50,664 nt of DNA from a virus (IMGVR_UViG_3300033149_003997:1-50664); one strand, 5' to 3'. Numbered from the stretch's first letter, positions 1 through 9,744 are shown. Translations and numbers: made by a program. The notes: generated by a model not told the origin, from the letters alone.

Positions 1-114
1 CCTGAAACCTTGTTTAGCCCTCCACCCGCAGTTTTCATCGGGCTAAGACTATTCCTCGGTCGACTCCTCGCTATCCGGCTCCTCCTCAATAGGGTCACCG
101 TTCAAAAGCGCAAT
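1..114. repeat. Terminal direct repeat, left copy (identical to 50551-50664); circular/complete genome overlap
   Basis: cctgaaaccttg...aaaagcgcaat occurs at both contig ends; the minus-strand gene order (portal, ORFs 411/49, scaffold) continues across the junction. Confidence 0.95.
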
Positions 115-411
115 CAGGTGCTTTTTAGGGGTCCGATTATCGAACTCAATCTTCTTGCGCGTCGCTACCTGACGCAGTATCTGCATCGGTATAGACTTGA
201 GATTAACAGCGGCAGTATCAAAAGCCCGGTTATTTCGGTCCAAGAGAACGAGGACGTCTGAATCAGTCTCGCCAATCCAGTGCAGCTTCCCGCCATAAAA
301 CCGGGTCGCATCAATACCGTATTCAGTGGGCTGAGCCAGCCGCTTGAGCTTGATGTTGGGCTGGCTATAGTCTACCCCGCTGACTTCCAGTGTTCCGAGC
401 ACATGAAGCAT
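49..411 (-). CDS. Hypothetical protein, head morphogenesis region
   Basis: 120-aa ORF coupled (TAATG) to the upstream gene; acidic C-terminus. Confidence 0.7.
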   Translation of the reverse strand: MLHVLGTLEVSGVDYSQPNIKLKRLAQPTEYGIDATRFYGGKLHWIGETDSDVLVLLDRNNRAFDTAAVNLKSIPMQILRQVATRKKIEFDNRTPKKHLIALLNGDPIEEEPDSEESTEE

Positions 412-830
412 TATGCAAGCCTCCCTGCGGCCATGAGCCGTTTATTGGTATCCGAAAGCCCTACATCTCCGCCATAAAGCGTTGCCAGGCGGCGCGGATC
501 CCTTACGATCCGGCGGCCCACCACATAAGGAGCGCTGGGCCGTAATATACGGTCAACGTGGTAGTCGTTTTCGTAGTATTCCTCAACGGTAATAGGGTCC
601 CGGGTGGTGTGGCCGCAGTCCAAGCAGACACCCACGGTATTACCTTCAGCATCCTCGTGCCACAGCGCCCAGCCCTCGCAACCCTCGCAGACAGGTTGCT
701 TCCATACGTCATAGCCAAAGTATCGCTTCAGGCGATTGCGCCAGAACCCCTTGGGCCTAACAACGTGCTTAAAATGGGTGGTCTCGCGGAACATGTTGGC
801 AAAGTGCTTATTGCTCTCTGCGGTCCTCAT
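411..830 (-). CDS. Hypothetical protein with two CxxC motifs (putative Zn ribbon)
   Basis: CEGC...CLDC; overlaps the portal stop (ATGA). Confidence 0.7.
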   Translation of the reverse strand: MRTAESNKHFANMFRETTHFKHVVRPKGFWRNRLKRYFGYDVWKQPVCEGCEGWALWHEDAEGNTVGVCLDCGHTTRDPITVEEYYENDYHVDRILRPSAPYVVGRRIVRDPRRLATLYGGDVGLSDTNKRLMAAGRLA

Positions 831-2701
831 ACCGGGCCACCTGTGGGGGGAAGGGCGGACTGCATAGGATTACCCCCCGCAGTCAGGCCAGCTACATCCG
901 GGCTCATCATGGGCTCCTCGCCCATACCCATGCCGCCAGGCATACCGCCGGGCATACCACCCATGGCTTGCATCTGCATTTCCATAGATTCCTTTAATGC
1001 CTCTTCGTCATCATCCAAAGGCAGCCCTAAGATATCTCGTGCGAACTTACGGATCTCCACCCATGTCACCGCATTGCGACCATCAACCACCATCTGCGAT
1101 AGCTTCTCAAGCATAGCCTGAAGGAAGGCTTGGTTTTTGGGTAGGCCCGCGCCGATATTGATTTCGATGTCTAGCTCCACCTTTTTAGTCACAGCCTCAC
1201 CGTACTCATCGGTGAGCTCCTGCCACTGGGGAGTAGGAGCGCCGGGATTTTGTTCCTGGAACTGCCGCAAATAAGCCTCTTCTGGCGGGATCATCTGAGG
1301 GATTCGATTCATCTGGTCAAAGTTAATCCATAGCCACTGATCCTCGTTTTCATCCAGCCTGAACCATTTGCCCTCGTCATAATGTTCCAGCATTAACTCG
1401 AGTAGGTAGCGGCAGACTTTCTGCAGCGTAATAGACAGCTGTGTCTTTTTGTGGTCAGTAGTTTGATTGCCTTGCTGTTGTTGAATAGCCGCTTCTGTTG
1501 CTGTATCTGCGGTTTTGCCGGGCTGGCCTAGCATTAACTCGCTAAAGCGGGTCACGCGCTGCACTTCAGAATGAATGGCGTTTAGAAGCCGCCATAGCGC
1601 CTCGTTGACTTTGCCCATTTCAACCACACGGATGGTATCATTCGGTCGCTCAGCGGGAATCGGGCCGTCGTCTTGGTCGAGGTCTTCAATCGATACATTA
1701 GAATCTGGGTCGATAAAGAGGCGATTGGGCCTAGCCGCACGCCTGATCTGGTCGTACAAGTCGTTTATCATATCCTGCAATGGCCTGAGCAGCTTACCGT
1801 CGCCAAACCCTATTAACTTACCTTCTTCTGGATAGCACAGGGTGAGGAAATAAGGATATTCGTTGCAGCGGTAGAATGGTTGCGGGTCATCTTTTATCTT
1901 GAACTTTTTGCCTGTCCATTCTTTGAATGAATCAAACAGCAACACCCCGTCATCGGAAAACTCCAATAGGCGGAGCTTGCCGTCGGTCTTGGTCCACAAC
2001 TGAATTAGGTAGAACGCATCTTCGTCGTCTATGGTTTTATCTTTAGAAAACACGCCCGAACGGTCGCTTCCCCCAAAGTAGATGTAATCTACCATATCGC
2101 CGTAGGTCTCTCGCGCCCAGGTCTTTGATCGCAGCATGTACTCAGCAATATAGTCTGCAGATTCCAGGTTCATGGGGTCGGTTATTTTGGAATCGACAAA
2201 CATGCTTTGTAGAGGGGGAGCGGCAAGACGAGCAAGGCCGAAACCGTCTATGGCGTCGGGGTCCCAGTACGTTTTTAACCAACCAATGCCGAATTGGAGC
2301 CGTCGCCGTTCATGGCGATCTAATATAAGCTTAAGCCCGTTCTGGCGCAGCGTCCACTCCAGGCCAACCCTGCCTGATTCAGCAAACGCTTCATCCGAGG
2401 GACCGCGCCCACGGGTGGTAATGGAAATGTCCTTATCCACCATAGAAGCAACTTGGCCTTCGATATTAGCCAAAAAGATGTTAACCCGAGAGTTGGGATG
2501 ATTATCTTTTAGTTCCTGATCGCCAGCATAGGCTTCCGCTTCCTTTTCCCAGCGGTCGTATATATCGCCCATTTCGCCGCGATTAGCGTCTATCCGCACC
2601 AGAAAGTTGTCTACAAGCTTTCTTTCCTCTTGAGACATGTGCTCCCGGTGATCGGTGTATTGTTCTCGGTCTTCCTTTTTTGTCGTGGTCCATTCAGCCA
2701 A
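827..2701 (-). CDS. Portal protein (P22-like podovirus type)
   Basis: 624 aa, downstream of terminase; GIGWLKTYWD, SMFVDS and TATEA motifs typical of this portal class; low-complexity MGGMPGG tail. Confidence 0.85.
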   Translation of the reverse strand: MAEWTTTKKEDREQYTDHREHMSQEERKLVDNFLVRIDANRGEMGDIYDRWEKEAEAYAGDQELKDNHPNSRVNIFLANIEGQVASMVDKDISITTRGRGPSDEAFAESGRVGLEWTLRQNGLKLILDRHERRRLQFGIGWLKTYWDPDAIDGFGLARLAAPPLQSMFVDSKITDPMNLESADYIAEYMLRSKTWARETYGDMVDYIYFGGSDRSGVFSKDKTIDDEDAFYLIQLWTKTDGKLRLLEFSDDGVLLFDSFKEWTGKKFKIKDDPQPFYRCNEYPYFLTLCYPEEGKLIGFGDGKLLRPLQDMINDLYDQIRRAARPNRLFIDPDSNVSIEDLDQDDGPIPAERPNDTIRVVEMGKVNEALWRLLNAIHSEVQRVTRFSELMLGQPGKTADTATEAAIQQQQGNQTTDHKKTQLSITLQKVCRYLLELMLEHYDEGKWFRLDENEDQWLWINFDQMNRIPQMIPPEEAYLRQFQEQNPGAPTPQWQELTDEYGEAVTKKVELDIEINIGAGLPKNQAFLQAMLEKLSQMVVDGRNAVTWVEIRKFARDILGLPLDDDEEALKESMEMQMQAMGGMPGGMPGGMGMGEEPMMSPDVAGLTAGGNPMQSALPPTGGPV

Positions 2702-2706
2702 TTACT

Positions 2707-2862
2707 TCACCCCTGCAGTGTCCGCCTAGAATACAACCCGTCCTTGTTTTTGTACTTGTCATAAGGCTTTTGAGAAGTGCTCGACCTGGGCCTCGGGGCA
2801 TATAGGCACCCCACCCAGCCAATCGCAATCCCGATTAGTAGAATCACGGCACCCCAAGCCAT
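2707..2862 (-). CDS. Small membrane protein (51 aa), not in the ORF track
   Basis: MAWGAVILLIGIAIGWVGCLYAPRPRSSTSQKPYDKYKNKDGLYSRRTLQG; fills the gap between the dehydrogenase and portal genes. Confidence 0.55.
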   Translation of the reverse strand: MAWGAVILLIGIAIGWVGCLYAPRPRSSTSQKPYDKYKNKDGLYSRRTLQG

Positions 2863-3569
2863 GATGCGGAACCCCCTTTGGGACGATAGATTTCCTTAAG
2901 AAAAGGGCTGGGGTATTGCTTATCCAAGATTCGCGCGTTAGGGACCACACAGTGGCCTCCTATATCGCCCTCTGGCGGCTCTAAAATGTATCGCTGATAC
3001 TCAGGGTACCCCAGCTCTTGATATAAGTCGTTGTAGCTTTCATCCCATAGCCGAACCAGCTCATAGTCCATCGAAAGATCAGAGCATACAGATTCCGTGT
3101 ACCGCGCGAACTCAATATTGACACCGTAAAGCGAGGTAGAACGCAGCTTCAGAAATTCCACCCATTCCGGGCACTCCAGAACTACAGGCTCGCGGAAAGC
3201 CTCTTTGAAGAAGAGCTCCGTCAGTGCGTTGACCCCGCCCATAAAGACTGGCCACTGTTGCAGGCTCTCAGCTAGATCGGGGTGCCTGCCCTCAATAGGG
3301 CAGTGGACAGCGCCAAGAATTTGACGGGTGGTCCCTATGGCTACGGTACTGAAGATGATGGTGGCTCGGGCACAATGCCGCTGCCTGTAGCCATTGACGA
3401 TGTCAACGAAGTCTTGTGAGTAGGGAATGGCAACCAACAGCACATCAAAGGAGCCATCTGGCTCCGGCTCCTTCAGCCCGGTGTCGTAGATGGTTATGTC
3501 GTGCTGGATACCGTAGACTTCCGCTACCGCTCGCCCTATTTGGCCATAACCCACAAGTAGGGCCTTCAT
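2844..3569 (-). CDS. UDP-glucose/GDP-mannose dehydrogenase family protein (short form)
   Basis: GYGQIG Rossmann motif; IFSTVAIGTT; catalytic-type IGGHCVV; lacks the C-terminal UDP-binding domain. Confidence 0.75.
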   Translation of the reverse strand: MKALLVGYGQIGRAVAEVYGIQHDITIYDTGLKEPEPDGSFDVLLVAIPYSQDFVDIVNGYRQRHCARATIIFSTVAIGTTRQILGAVHCPIEGRHPDLAESLQQWPVFMGGVNALTELFFKEAFREPVVLECPEWVEFLKLRSTSLYGVNIEFARYTESVCSDLSMDYELVRLWDESYNDLYQELGYPEYQRYILEPPEGDIGGHCVVPNARILDKQYPSPFLKEIYRPKGGSASWLGVP

Positions 3570-4216
3570 GCCACCAGCCCCTGTTCTACCAGAGCCTGCG
3601 CGATCTGTAAATCCTCGGGCTCGTCAATTTCTATGGACCGAATCCGGGGCATTTTGTAGAGGGCGGGCTTATGGCTCCATAAAAAACCCATGTCCAGCAA
3701 CAACCGCGAAACCAAGAAGATAGCGCCGTTTCTGACGTAGCACTTGTGCTTCTGGCGATCGTAGTAACCTCGCTCTAACTGCCTGCCGTCGGGCTCGTGC
3801 AGCCTGACGGGAGGAATCCCTTCGGTGACGGATACCACACTCATAGCATTCATAATGCGGTAGAGCTCCAGTGCTCCGTTTATGTCTTCAGCGGACCGGA
3901 AGGGAGAGGTTGGTTGCAGAAGCATAACTGCATCCGTCTTGCCCCATTTGCTTTCGTACCACTGCACTGCGTCTCGCACTACAGGCAACATAGGGATGTC
4001 GTCTTTGGCCAGTTCCAGCGGTCTCTCACGAAAACGGAAGCGCTCCCCTAGATTTGAAAGGTCCAGATCGGAAGTCAGAACTACATCCGCCAGATCGGAG
4101 TCCTCTGCCGCCTCAATGGTCCACTCGACAACCATTCGTGCGCCAAGCGATTGAAGGTTTTTCTTCGGTATCCTCTTACTACCCGCACGGGCAGGAATTA
4201 CTCCTACGACTTTCAT
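3566..4216 (-). CDS. neuA: CMP-nonulosonic acid synthetase (acylneuraminate cytidylyltransferase)
   Basis: IPARAGSKRIPKKN, LLQPTSPFR, NGAIF and EIDEPED motifs; ATG at 4216 with GGAGG RBS. Confidence 0.92.
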   Translation of the reverse strand: MKVVGVIPARAGSKRIPKKNLQSLGARMVVEWTIEAAEDSDLADVVLTSDLDLSNLGERFRFRERPLELAKDDIPMLPVVRDAVQWYESKWGKTDAVMLLQPTSPFRSAEDINGALELYRIMNAMSVVSVTEGIPPVRLHEPDGRQLERGYYDRQKHKCYVRNGAIFLVSRLLLDMGFLWSHKPALYKMPRIRSIEIDEPEDLQIAQALVEQGLVA

Positions 4217-5333
4217 AGTACGCCTCCAAATGCGCGGCAATCCGCTCGCTAGCGTATCCGTCCCCGAAAGTGAAATCGGGCTCGTAAATTTGCCCCAACT
4301 GATAGCGAACCGCGCTTAGAATCTGCTGAGTGTCATAGTCGACAAAGACCGTGTTTTTACCGTGTTCCCGGCCGTTTTGCCGAGTGCCTATACAGACGTA
4401 GGGAACCCCAAGAAACGCCCCCTCTTTTATACCCGCCGATGTATTGCCAAGTAGACAAGAGCAACCCTTGAGCAATCGCCCAAAATCTTCCGGGCTGAGG
4501 TTTTTGAAGAAATGGACGTAGTCGGGGTTTTCGATTTCTCTGAACCGCCGCAAGGCCTCGCTGATCGCGTCTTGACCTGCATCGACATTAGGCCAAAACC
4601 ATACCGTCTGCATCCGCAGATCCCTAACAGCGTCCAGGGTGGCCTGTATTTCGCTCCCCGTTGCACCATACTCAGTAGTAACTGGATGCTGTAAAACAAC
4701 AAGGTATGGCTGGCTCAGGTCAAGACACGGACCTACCCCGCCGTATTTTTGCATGAGATCAGGTTTGCGCGACCAATCTATCCCGGCCAGAAGGTCTAAA
4801 GATGGGCTTCCCACGCGGGTTACAGCCTGGTCAGGGATATCCAGCGACAAGATCTTCTGGCGTGCTTTTTCGGTTACAGGAAAGTGCAGATCAGCCAGGT
4901 GAGAAATGGCGTAGCGAACCTTGTCATCAATACTGCCGGTATCTTCTCCTCCTTCAGTATGGGCCACTGGGATGTTCATGTAGGCCGCTGCAGTCGCCAC
5001 CGCAAGCATTTCGTATCGATCCGCATGAACAAGGACTATATTGGGCCGAAGCCTCGCCAGTGTGTTAGACACATACTGCATTAAAACGCCAGTTGTCGCC
5101 GCCATGTTCTGTGGGCGGTCGCCATCTACCACGCAGTAGAGCCGCTCCTGAATTTCAAATTCCGCTTCAATTAGGTCAACGCAGCCCCAGCGGTCCAAAA
5201 GGGCCGACCCCGCAACGATGAGTTGCAGTTGTAGTCTAGGATGTTGTTCAATGGCTTGAAGTACGGATTTCAGGCGGCTGTAGTTTGCGCGGGAGGCGAC
5301 GACAACGGCGACTTTTACTTGTTGTCGCCCCAT
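4179..5333 (-). CDS. neuC: UDP-N-acetylglucosamine 2-epimerase (hydrolysing)
   Basis: SRANYS, HADRYE, AHTEGGE, DDKVRYAISHLA, LQHPVTTE, GNTSAGIKE and GTRQNGRE motifs. Confidence 0.92.
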   Translation of the reverse strand: MGRQQVKVAVVVASRANYSRLKSVLQAIEQHPRLQLQLIVAGSALLDRWGCVDLIEAEFEIQERLYCVVDGDRPQNMAATTGVLMQYVSNTLARLRPNIVLVHADRYEMLAVATAAAYMNIPVAHTEGGEDTGSIDDKVRYAISHLADLHFPVTEKARQKILSLDIPDQAVTRVGSPSLDLLAGIDWSRKPDLMQKYGGVGPCLDLSQPYLVVLQHPVTTEYGATGSEIQATLDAVRDLRMQTVWFWPNVDAGQDAISEALRRFREIENPDYVHFFKNLSPEDFGRLLKGCSCLLGNTSAGIKEGAFLGVPYVCIGTRQNGREHGKNTVFVDYDTQQILSAVRYQLGQIYEPDFTFGDGYASERIAAHLEAYYESRRSNSCPCG

Positions 5334-6115
5334 TTTCCTATGTAACGCCTCGCCTCCTGGTCGGGTATAGCGTTTTCGCTATACATCATCTTTTGTATCG
5401 TTTCTCGATACCTACTCAATTCATGAAACTGGGCGGGGTCTATAGAGACGGCCCAGTCACGGCTGGGCGTTTCCATATCCAACATGAAGTGCTTTTCTAA
5501 AGCCGCAACACCTAGGGCCAGCGCTACCTTAGCCACATCGGTCCCCACCGTGTGGTCAGAATATCCCACACTAGGGAAGAACTTATTTAAGGCCGCGATC
5601 CGCAATAGGTTGGCCTTTTCCAGTGGGCAGGGGTATAAGGAAACACAGTGCATAATGGTGCACCGCGCCGCTTCCGTACCTAAGAACTTAGCCAGTTCCA
5701 TGATTTCTTCGCCGCTGTGCATCCCAGTAGAGATAATGACGTGATCAAAATTGGCCAAGCACTTTTCGATGAGTTTCCACGAGTTGCAGTCCGATGAGGC
5801 TATCTTGACACGTTCCAGCCCTAAACTGGCTAAAAAGTCAACGGTATCAAGGTCAAAAATCGTGGTCAGAAACTCGATTCCGTTATTCTCACAATGCTTG
5901 AGTAGGCTTTCGTGGTCTTTGTAGGACAGCTCGTGCTGTTTGTAGTATTGGTATTCGCTCTCGTAGTTCGGCCAGGTAGGGCTGAGTTTATCGGCCCGCC
6001 AGGACTGGAACTTAATCACATCCGCGCCGCATTCAGCCGCAGTGCTCGCCATTTGCTTCATAGTGTCAAGACTGCCGCCGTGGTTGGCGCACGCCTCCGC
6101 AATCAACACAGTCAT
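5315..6115 (-). CDS. neuB: N-acetylneuraminate/nonulosonic acid synthase (no SAF domain)
   Basis: IAEACANHGGS, GADVIKFQ, KIASSD, IISTGM, HCVSLYP, GYSDHT and EKHF motifs; start coupled (TAATG). Confidence 0.92.
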   Translation of the reverse strand: MTVLIAEACANHGGSLDTMKQMASTAAECGADVIKFQSWRADKLSPTWPNYESEYQYYKQHELSYKDHESLLKHCENNGIEFLTTIFDLDTVDFLASLGLERVKIASSDCNSWKLIEKCLANFDHVIISTGMHSGEEIMELAKFLGTEAARCTIMHCVSLYPCPLEKANLLRIAALNKFFPSVGYSDHTVGTDVAKVALALGVAALEKHFMLDMETPSRDWAVSIDPAQFHELSRYRETIQKMMYSENAIPDQEARRYIGKWGDNK

Positions 6116-6984
6116 TACCGATACCCCCAACTTCCCATGAGAACCTTGAGTTCAATCACCTTGTCCATCATCTGTAGGTGGTTTACTAAGGCAAGCACGT
6201 CCGGAGGTTGATATTTAGGTTCCTGTGGCTCGCCTGCCTCCGAAAGAACGTAGAGTTTCTCACCAATCCGCTCATCTAGCACCCAGTATTGGGTAGGTTT
6301 CAAGCCCACTTTCATCAAGCACGCCACCAGAACCGGTAGGGTAAACTGATAAAGGTGCGCGCAACTCATGAAAGCGTCGGTGGTGATGTTTATCATCCGT
6401 GTTTCCAGGTTAGGAACACTGATAAGTAGGTGCCCCTCGGGAGCCATCAGTCGTCGCAGATGCCTCAACGCTTCCACTGGGCTTGGCAAGTGCTCCAACG
6501 TATTCAGCATGGTCACCAGATCAAAGGGCTTGTCCGGCTCGTAGTTTTCCAACCTTTCCGAGATAATGCGCGGATGCTTTATCTCGGCGTTGGGCTCCAG
6601 GCCCCATGCATCCAGGGCCTTACTAAGCCGATCCACCAACTTGCCGGTAGAACACCCAACGTCCAGCATCCGCTTTATACCAGCGGGCAACTGACGAATC
6701 ACGCTCATGGCGTTGGTTGCATGTATATCTTCAATCTCAGGATTGATGGGGTATAATTCCCGGTATTGGGTGCGGTAGAACTCGTCCAACTCTTCATCAC
6801 TCATGCGAGGCGTTACATAGACCAACCCGCAGTTTAGGCAAATGACGGATCGACCGTTTTGGATCCGGCCATCTTCGTCACGCGCAACCGTTCCGCGCAG
6901 TACTCCGGCCGCCTCTCGCGCTCCCTTATCCCATATGACCAGATAATCGTCTCGGCCACATAGGTCGCACTTCACGTCTATCAT
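6115..6984 (-). CDS. Class I SAM-dependent methyltransferase with N-terminal Zn ribbon (glycan-cluster type)
   Basis: CDLC...CLNCGLVY; LDVGCSTG; LEHLPSP; LLISVPN. Confidence 0.85.
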   Translation of the reverse strand: MIDVKCDLCGRDDYLVIWDKGAREAAGVLRGTVARDEDGRIQNGRSVICLNCGLVYVTPRMSDEELDEFYRTQYRELYPINPEIEDIHATNAMSVIRQLPAGIKRMLDVGCSTGKLVDRLSKALDAWGLEPNAEIKHPRIISERLENYEPDKPFDLVTMLNTLEHLPSPVEALRHLRRLMAPEGHLLISVPNLETRMINITTDAFMSCAHLYQFTLPVLVACLMKVGLKPTQYWVLDERIGEKLYVLSEAGEPQEPKYQPPDVLALVNHLQMMDKVIELKVLMGSWGYR

Positions 6985-7265
6985 GATTCATAAACCAGCA
7001 TTTGGTAGCTGGCGGTAGTAGAGGTAGACACTAGAGCAAGGTACTGCGCTATCAGGTCTATAGTGTCTCCTTCTTCGAGCATCCAGCAGTCTGTAGTTCC
7101 CGGCGCAGTACTGAGTGATGAAATGTAGACTATACCGGTAGTACACTCGACGGTAAACGGCTGATAGCCCGAGAAGTTAACCACAGAAGGGCTGCTACCG
7201 TCAGTACTAGCCAGCCGCTCTGAATAGATTGTCTTGACCTTAGGGAATAGCGGGCGGGTGTACAT
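6981..7265 (-). CDS. Small Ser/Thr-rich protein (94 aa), candidate virion decoration protein
   Basis: Start MYTRPLF; about 26/94 residues are S/T by hand count, mostly as ST/SS/TT doublets. Confidence 0.65.
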   Translation of the reverse strand: MYTRPLFPKVKTIYSERLASTDGSSPSVVNFSGYQPFTVECTTGIVYISSLSTAPGTTDCWMLEEGDTIDLIAQYLALVSTSTTASYQMLVYES

Positions 7266-8181
7266 TGATTCGCTCCCTTTCAATGAAGTCTCTAATCTTT
7301 TCCGCAATAAAGACTTGGGTTTTTTCGCGCGATTCCCGCGTGTTTCCGGCTATGTGAGGAGTGATCAGTAATCTGCCGCGTACATCGGCATAGCGGAACA
7401 AGGGAGAATCCCACAGCAGGCCCTCGGCTTCGTGACAGACAACGTCAAGGGCCGCTCCGGCCAGTTTACCAGCTCGCAGGGCATTGATTAGGGCTCGCTC
7501 GTCGACCACCGCGCCCCGGCTGGTATTGACAAAGTAAGCCGTAGACTTCATCGTTTCAAAAAAGTGTGCGTTGCACATACCTTTGGTGGTTTGATCTAGT
7601 GGTACATGCACTGAAACGATATCTGATTCACGCAACAGGTCTTGTAAAGGCGCGCTCCCACTACCGACAACATCGCAGTAGAGCACCCGCATGCCGAAAC
7701 CCTGCCCAATTATGGCCACCTGCCGCCCCACGCGCCCCATACCGACGATGCCAAGGGTTTTCCCGCGTAGTTCGGTGCCCTGCCAGCGCTCGCGGTTCCA
7801 GTCGCCGGACAAAACGTCCTGATGTGCCCAGGGGATCTTGCGAATCAGGGCCAAAACCAGAGCCCATGTGTGTTCGGCGGTGGCATAGACATCGTCTAAA
7901 AAACCCCGCTCACCGTTCAACGAGATAATCCTAATGCCCTTAGTCCGTGCATGAGCGACATCGATATGATCAAGCCCAGTCGTGCAGGATGCAATGAACC
8001 GGAGCTCCGGCATGGAGTCAATCATCCTCCATGTAACCGGAATATGGAGGCTCGCAATCAGCCCCTCAGCGCACGACATCAATTTGTGAGGGTTATAGGT
8101 CTCGTGATACTCAATCGCGGCCACAGGGGCCAAAATGGAGGTTGCCTCCCGCCCCCAGCGGTCAAAGCTGACGATATACAC
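7240..8181 (-). CDS. D-isomer-specific 2-hydroxyacid dehydrogenase (SerA-like)
   Basis: TGLDHID, GIVGMGRVG, HVPL, VNTSRG, ALDV and TPHIAG motifs. Confidence 0.9.
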   Translation of the reverse strand: MYIVSFDRWGREATSILAPVAAIEYHETYNPHKLMSCAEGLIASLHIPVTWRMIDSMPELRFIASCTTGLDHIDVAHARTKGIRIISLNGERGFLDDVYATAEHTWALVLALIRKIPWAHQDVLSGDWNRERWQGTELRGKTLGIVGMGRVGRQVAIIGQGFGMRVLYCDVVGSGSAPLQDLLRESDIVSVHVPLDQTTKGMCNAHFFETMKSTAYFVNTSRGAVVDERALINALRAGKLAGAALDVVCHEAEGLLWDSPLFRYADVRGRLLITPHIAGNTRESREKTQVFIAEKIRDFIERERINVHPPAIP

Positions 8182-8182
8182 C

Positions 8183-8362
8183 CTATCGCCTTCCCCTGCG
8201 CAAGTGCTGAGGCAGTGGTTTGCCCGGATTCCTGCGCTTGAAGCTCTTCCTGGCCTTGGAGTATGCAGCTGCAGCCGCCTGGTCGCTTGGGTGACCCGCC
8301 GCTATCATCTCTCTGATGTTGCTGCTAATAACCGACATGCTGTAACCCGACTTGAGCGGCAT
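8183..8362 (-). CDS. Small basic phage protein (59 aa), not in the ORF track
   Basis: [39 protein letters not shown]..., resembling a small protein type recurrent near terminase/portal genes; fills the gap exactly. Confidence 0.7.
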   Translation of the reverse strand: MPLKSGYSMSVISSNIREMIAAGHPSDQAAAAAYSKARKSFKRRNPGKPLPQHLRRGRR

Positions 8363-8364
8363 GA

Positions 8365-9744
8365 CTACCCCCCAATCACCCGGACCTGCTTCCGCAACTT
8401 CCGAATTTCGGCGTCGGAATAGCCCAAAAGACGCAATTCGCCAATATGGTAAGTGCCTTCTAGCTTCGGCTTTTCGGGTTTATTAGGCCGGGGACGAGAC
8501 ATAAGCCCGTATCGTAGCGCGTCGTAGGCGTGATCCTCCGCATCTGTATCCACGTCCTCCGGTCTCTTATCGTCTAGGGGTAGCGCCGGAAGCGTCCTGA
8601 TGAGGTTGGTGCAGTTGGCAAACACCTTGAGCTTGGCTGTCTTCTGCCCCTGTTCGTCTTCATAGGGCTGGAGGAACTCATGCACATGCAGTTTACCGTT
8701 TAGGCGGTCGTTATTGGCTTGGCGAGGCCTATAGCCCCGCTTCCCCCAGATTTCGGCCACGCTGGAGCCCGTCTCCGGATGCTTATTCCACACATCTGGG
8801 GGAGCCAGTCTATACCGGATCGGCTCACCATGTTCCATTTCAAGAACTTGGTCCGCCTGATCAGATGCAACCACTCCGGCCCGATAATACTCGCGGTAGA
8901 CATAGATGGTCTCGTCTGGCGCAATTGCAAACCATAAGACACAGCTGGGATCGGAATAACCAAAGTCCTGGGCGGTGAACCGCCGCCAGTCCGGCGGAAT
9001 AGGAAACGGCTGAATAACGTGTATGGCCGGGTCCCATTCGCCGAATGCCTGTCCCATAAATGAGTACCAGTCGCCGGTTAGCAGAGCTTTTCGCAAGTTT
9101 TCGTCGGGAATGGCCTGAAGGCGGCGTAAATACTCCGGGTCAGCCTCCATCAGGTGTGGATTGTCCCGCACCGTGGCCGGAATAAAGAGCCTCGTGCGCC
9201 CAACCTCGTCCGTGAACACGGTCTCAGGTGTAGCAGGTTGAATAAACCGTTCCCGTACCCACAAAAGACCCACGCCAACAGGGTTGGACGTGGCGCGGAT
9301 AGTCGGTTTCGCACCCCGGATAACTGTGCGGTTCCAGCCAAAAAGCGTCGTGAACTGAAACTCAGTAAACTGCGTCAGCTCGTCAAAGCAGATATCCAGG
9401 TAGTTTCCGCCCTGATACTGCCAGACATCGCCTTCATCGTTGCAATGCCCCAACCTGAGCGTGGAACTATTGGGGAATCGCCAGGTGCGCTCCTGTTTAT
9501 TAAACGTCGCACCCGTAGGAGTTAGGAGTTCATAGGCGCGAGGTATGATCTGGTTCTGAAACTCGGGAAAAGTGCGCCTAAGAAGCAACCCCTGTGAGCT
9601 GGGAATCTGCGTGCGGCGCATAATCTGCCAAATGAGAACTGCGTCCGTTTTGCCGCCGCCAGCCGCGCCGCCATACAGAACCTCGTCTACTTCCGTCGCC
9701 CTCAAAAACAACCTCTGACGAGGGGAGGCCGTCCACTCAATCAT
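8365..9744 (-). CDS. terL: Terminase large subunit
   Basis: [10 protein letters not shown] Walker [10 protein letters not shown] Walker B, ATSNP coupling motif, QDFG and DHAYDALRY nuclease motifs. Confidence 0.95.
   Translation of the reverse strand: MIEWTASPRQRLFLRATEVDEVLYGGAAGGGKTDAVLIWQIMRRTQIPSSQGLLLRRTFPEFQNQIIPRAYELLTPTGATFNKQERTWRFPNSSTLRLGHCNDEGDVWQYQGGNYLDICFDELTQFTEFQFTTLFGWNRTVIRGAKPTIRATSNPVGVGLLWVRERFIQPATPETVFTDEVGRTRLFIPATVRDNPHLMEADPEYLRRLQAIPDENLRKALLTGDWYSFMGQAFGEWDPAIHVIQPFPIPPDWRRFTAQDFGYSDPSCVLWFAIAPDETIYVYREYYRAGVVASDQADQVLEMEHGEPIRYRLAPPDVWNKHPETGSSVAEIWGKRGYRPRQANNDRLNGKLHVHEFLQPYEDEQGQKTAKLKVFANCTNLIRTLPALPLDDKRPEDVDTDAEDHAYDALRYGLMSRPRPNKPEKPKLEGTYHIGELRLLGYSDAEIRKLRKQVRVIGG

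Noticed and set aside
1-114. 114-bp terminal repeat as a biological direct terminal repeat
   Set aside because: It cuts through the end of a gene in the middle of the late operon; most likely an assembly overlap of a circular or permuted genome
920-965. GGCATACC repeats
   Set aside because: They encode the MGGMPGG low-complexity portal tail
2844-8181. neu cluster as host DNA contamination or a prophage flank
   Set aside because: It is flanked on both sides by coupled phage genes (terL, small basic protein, portal) within a circular contig
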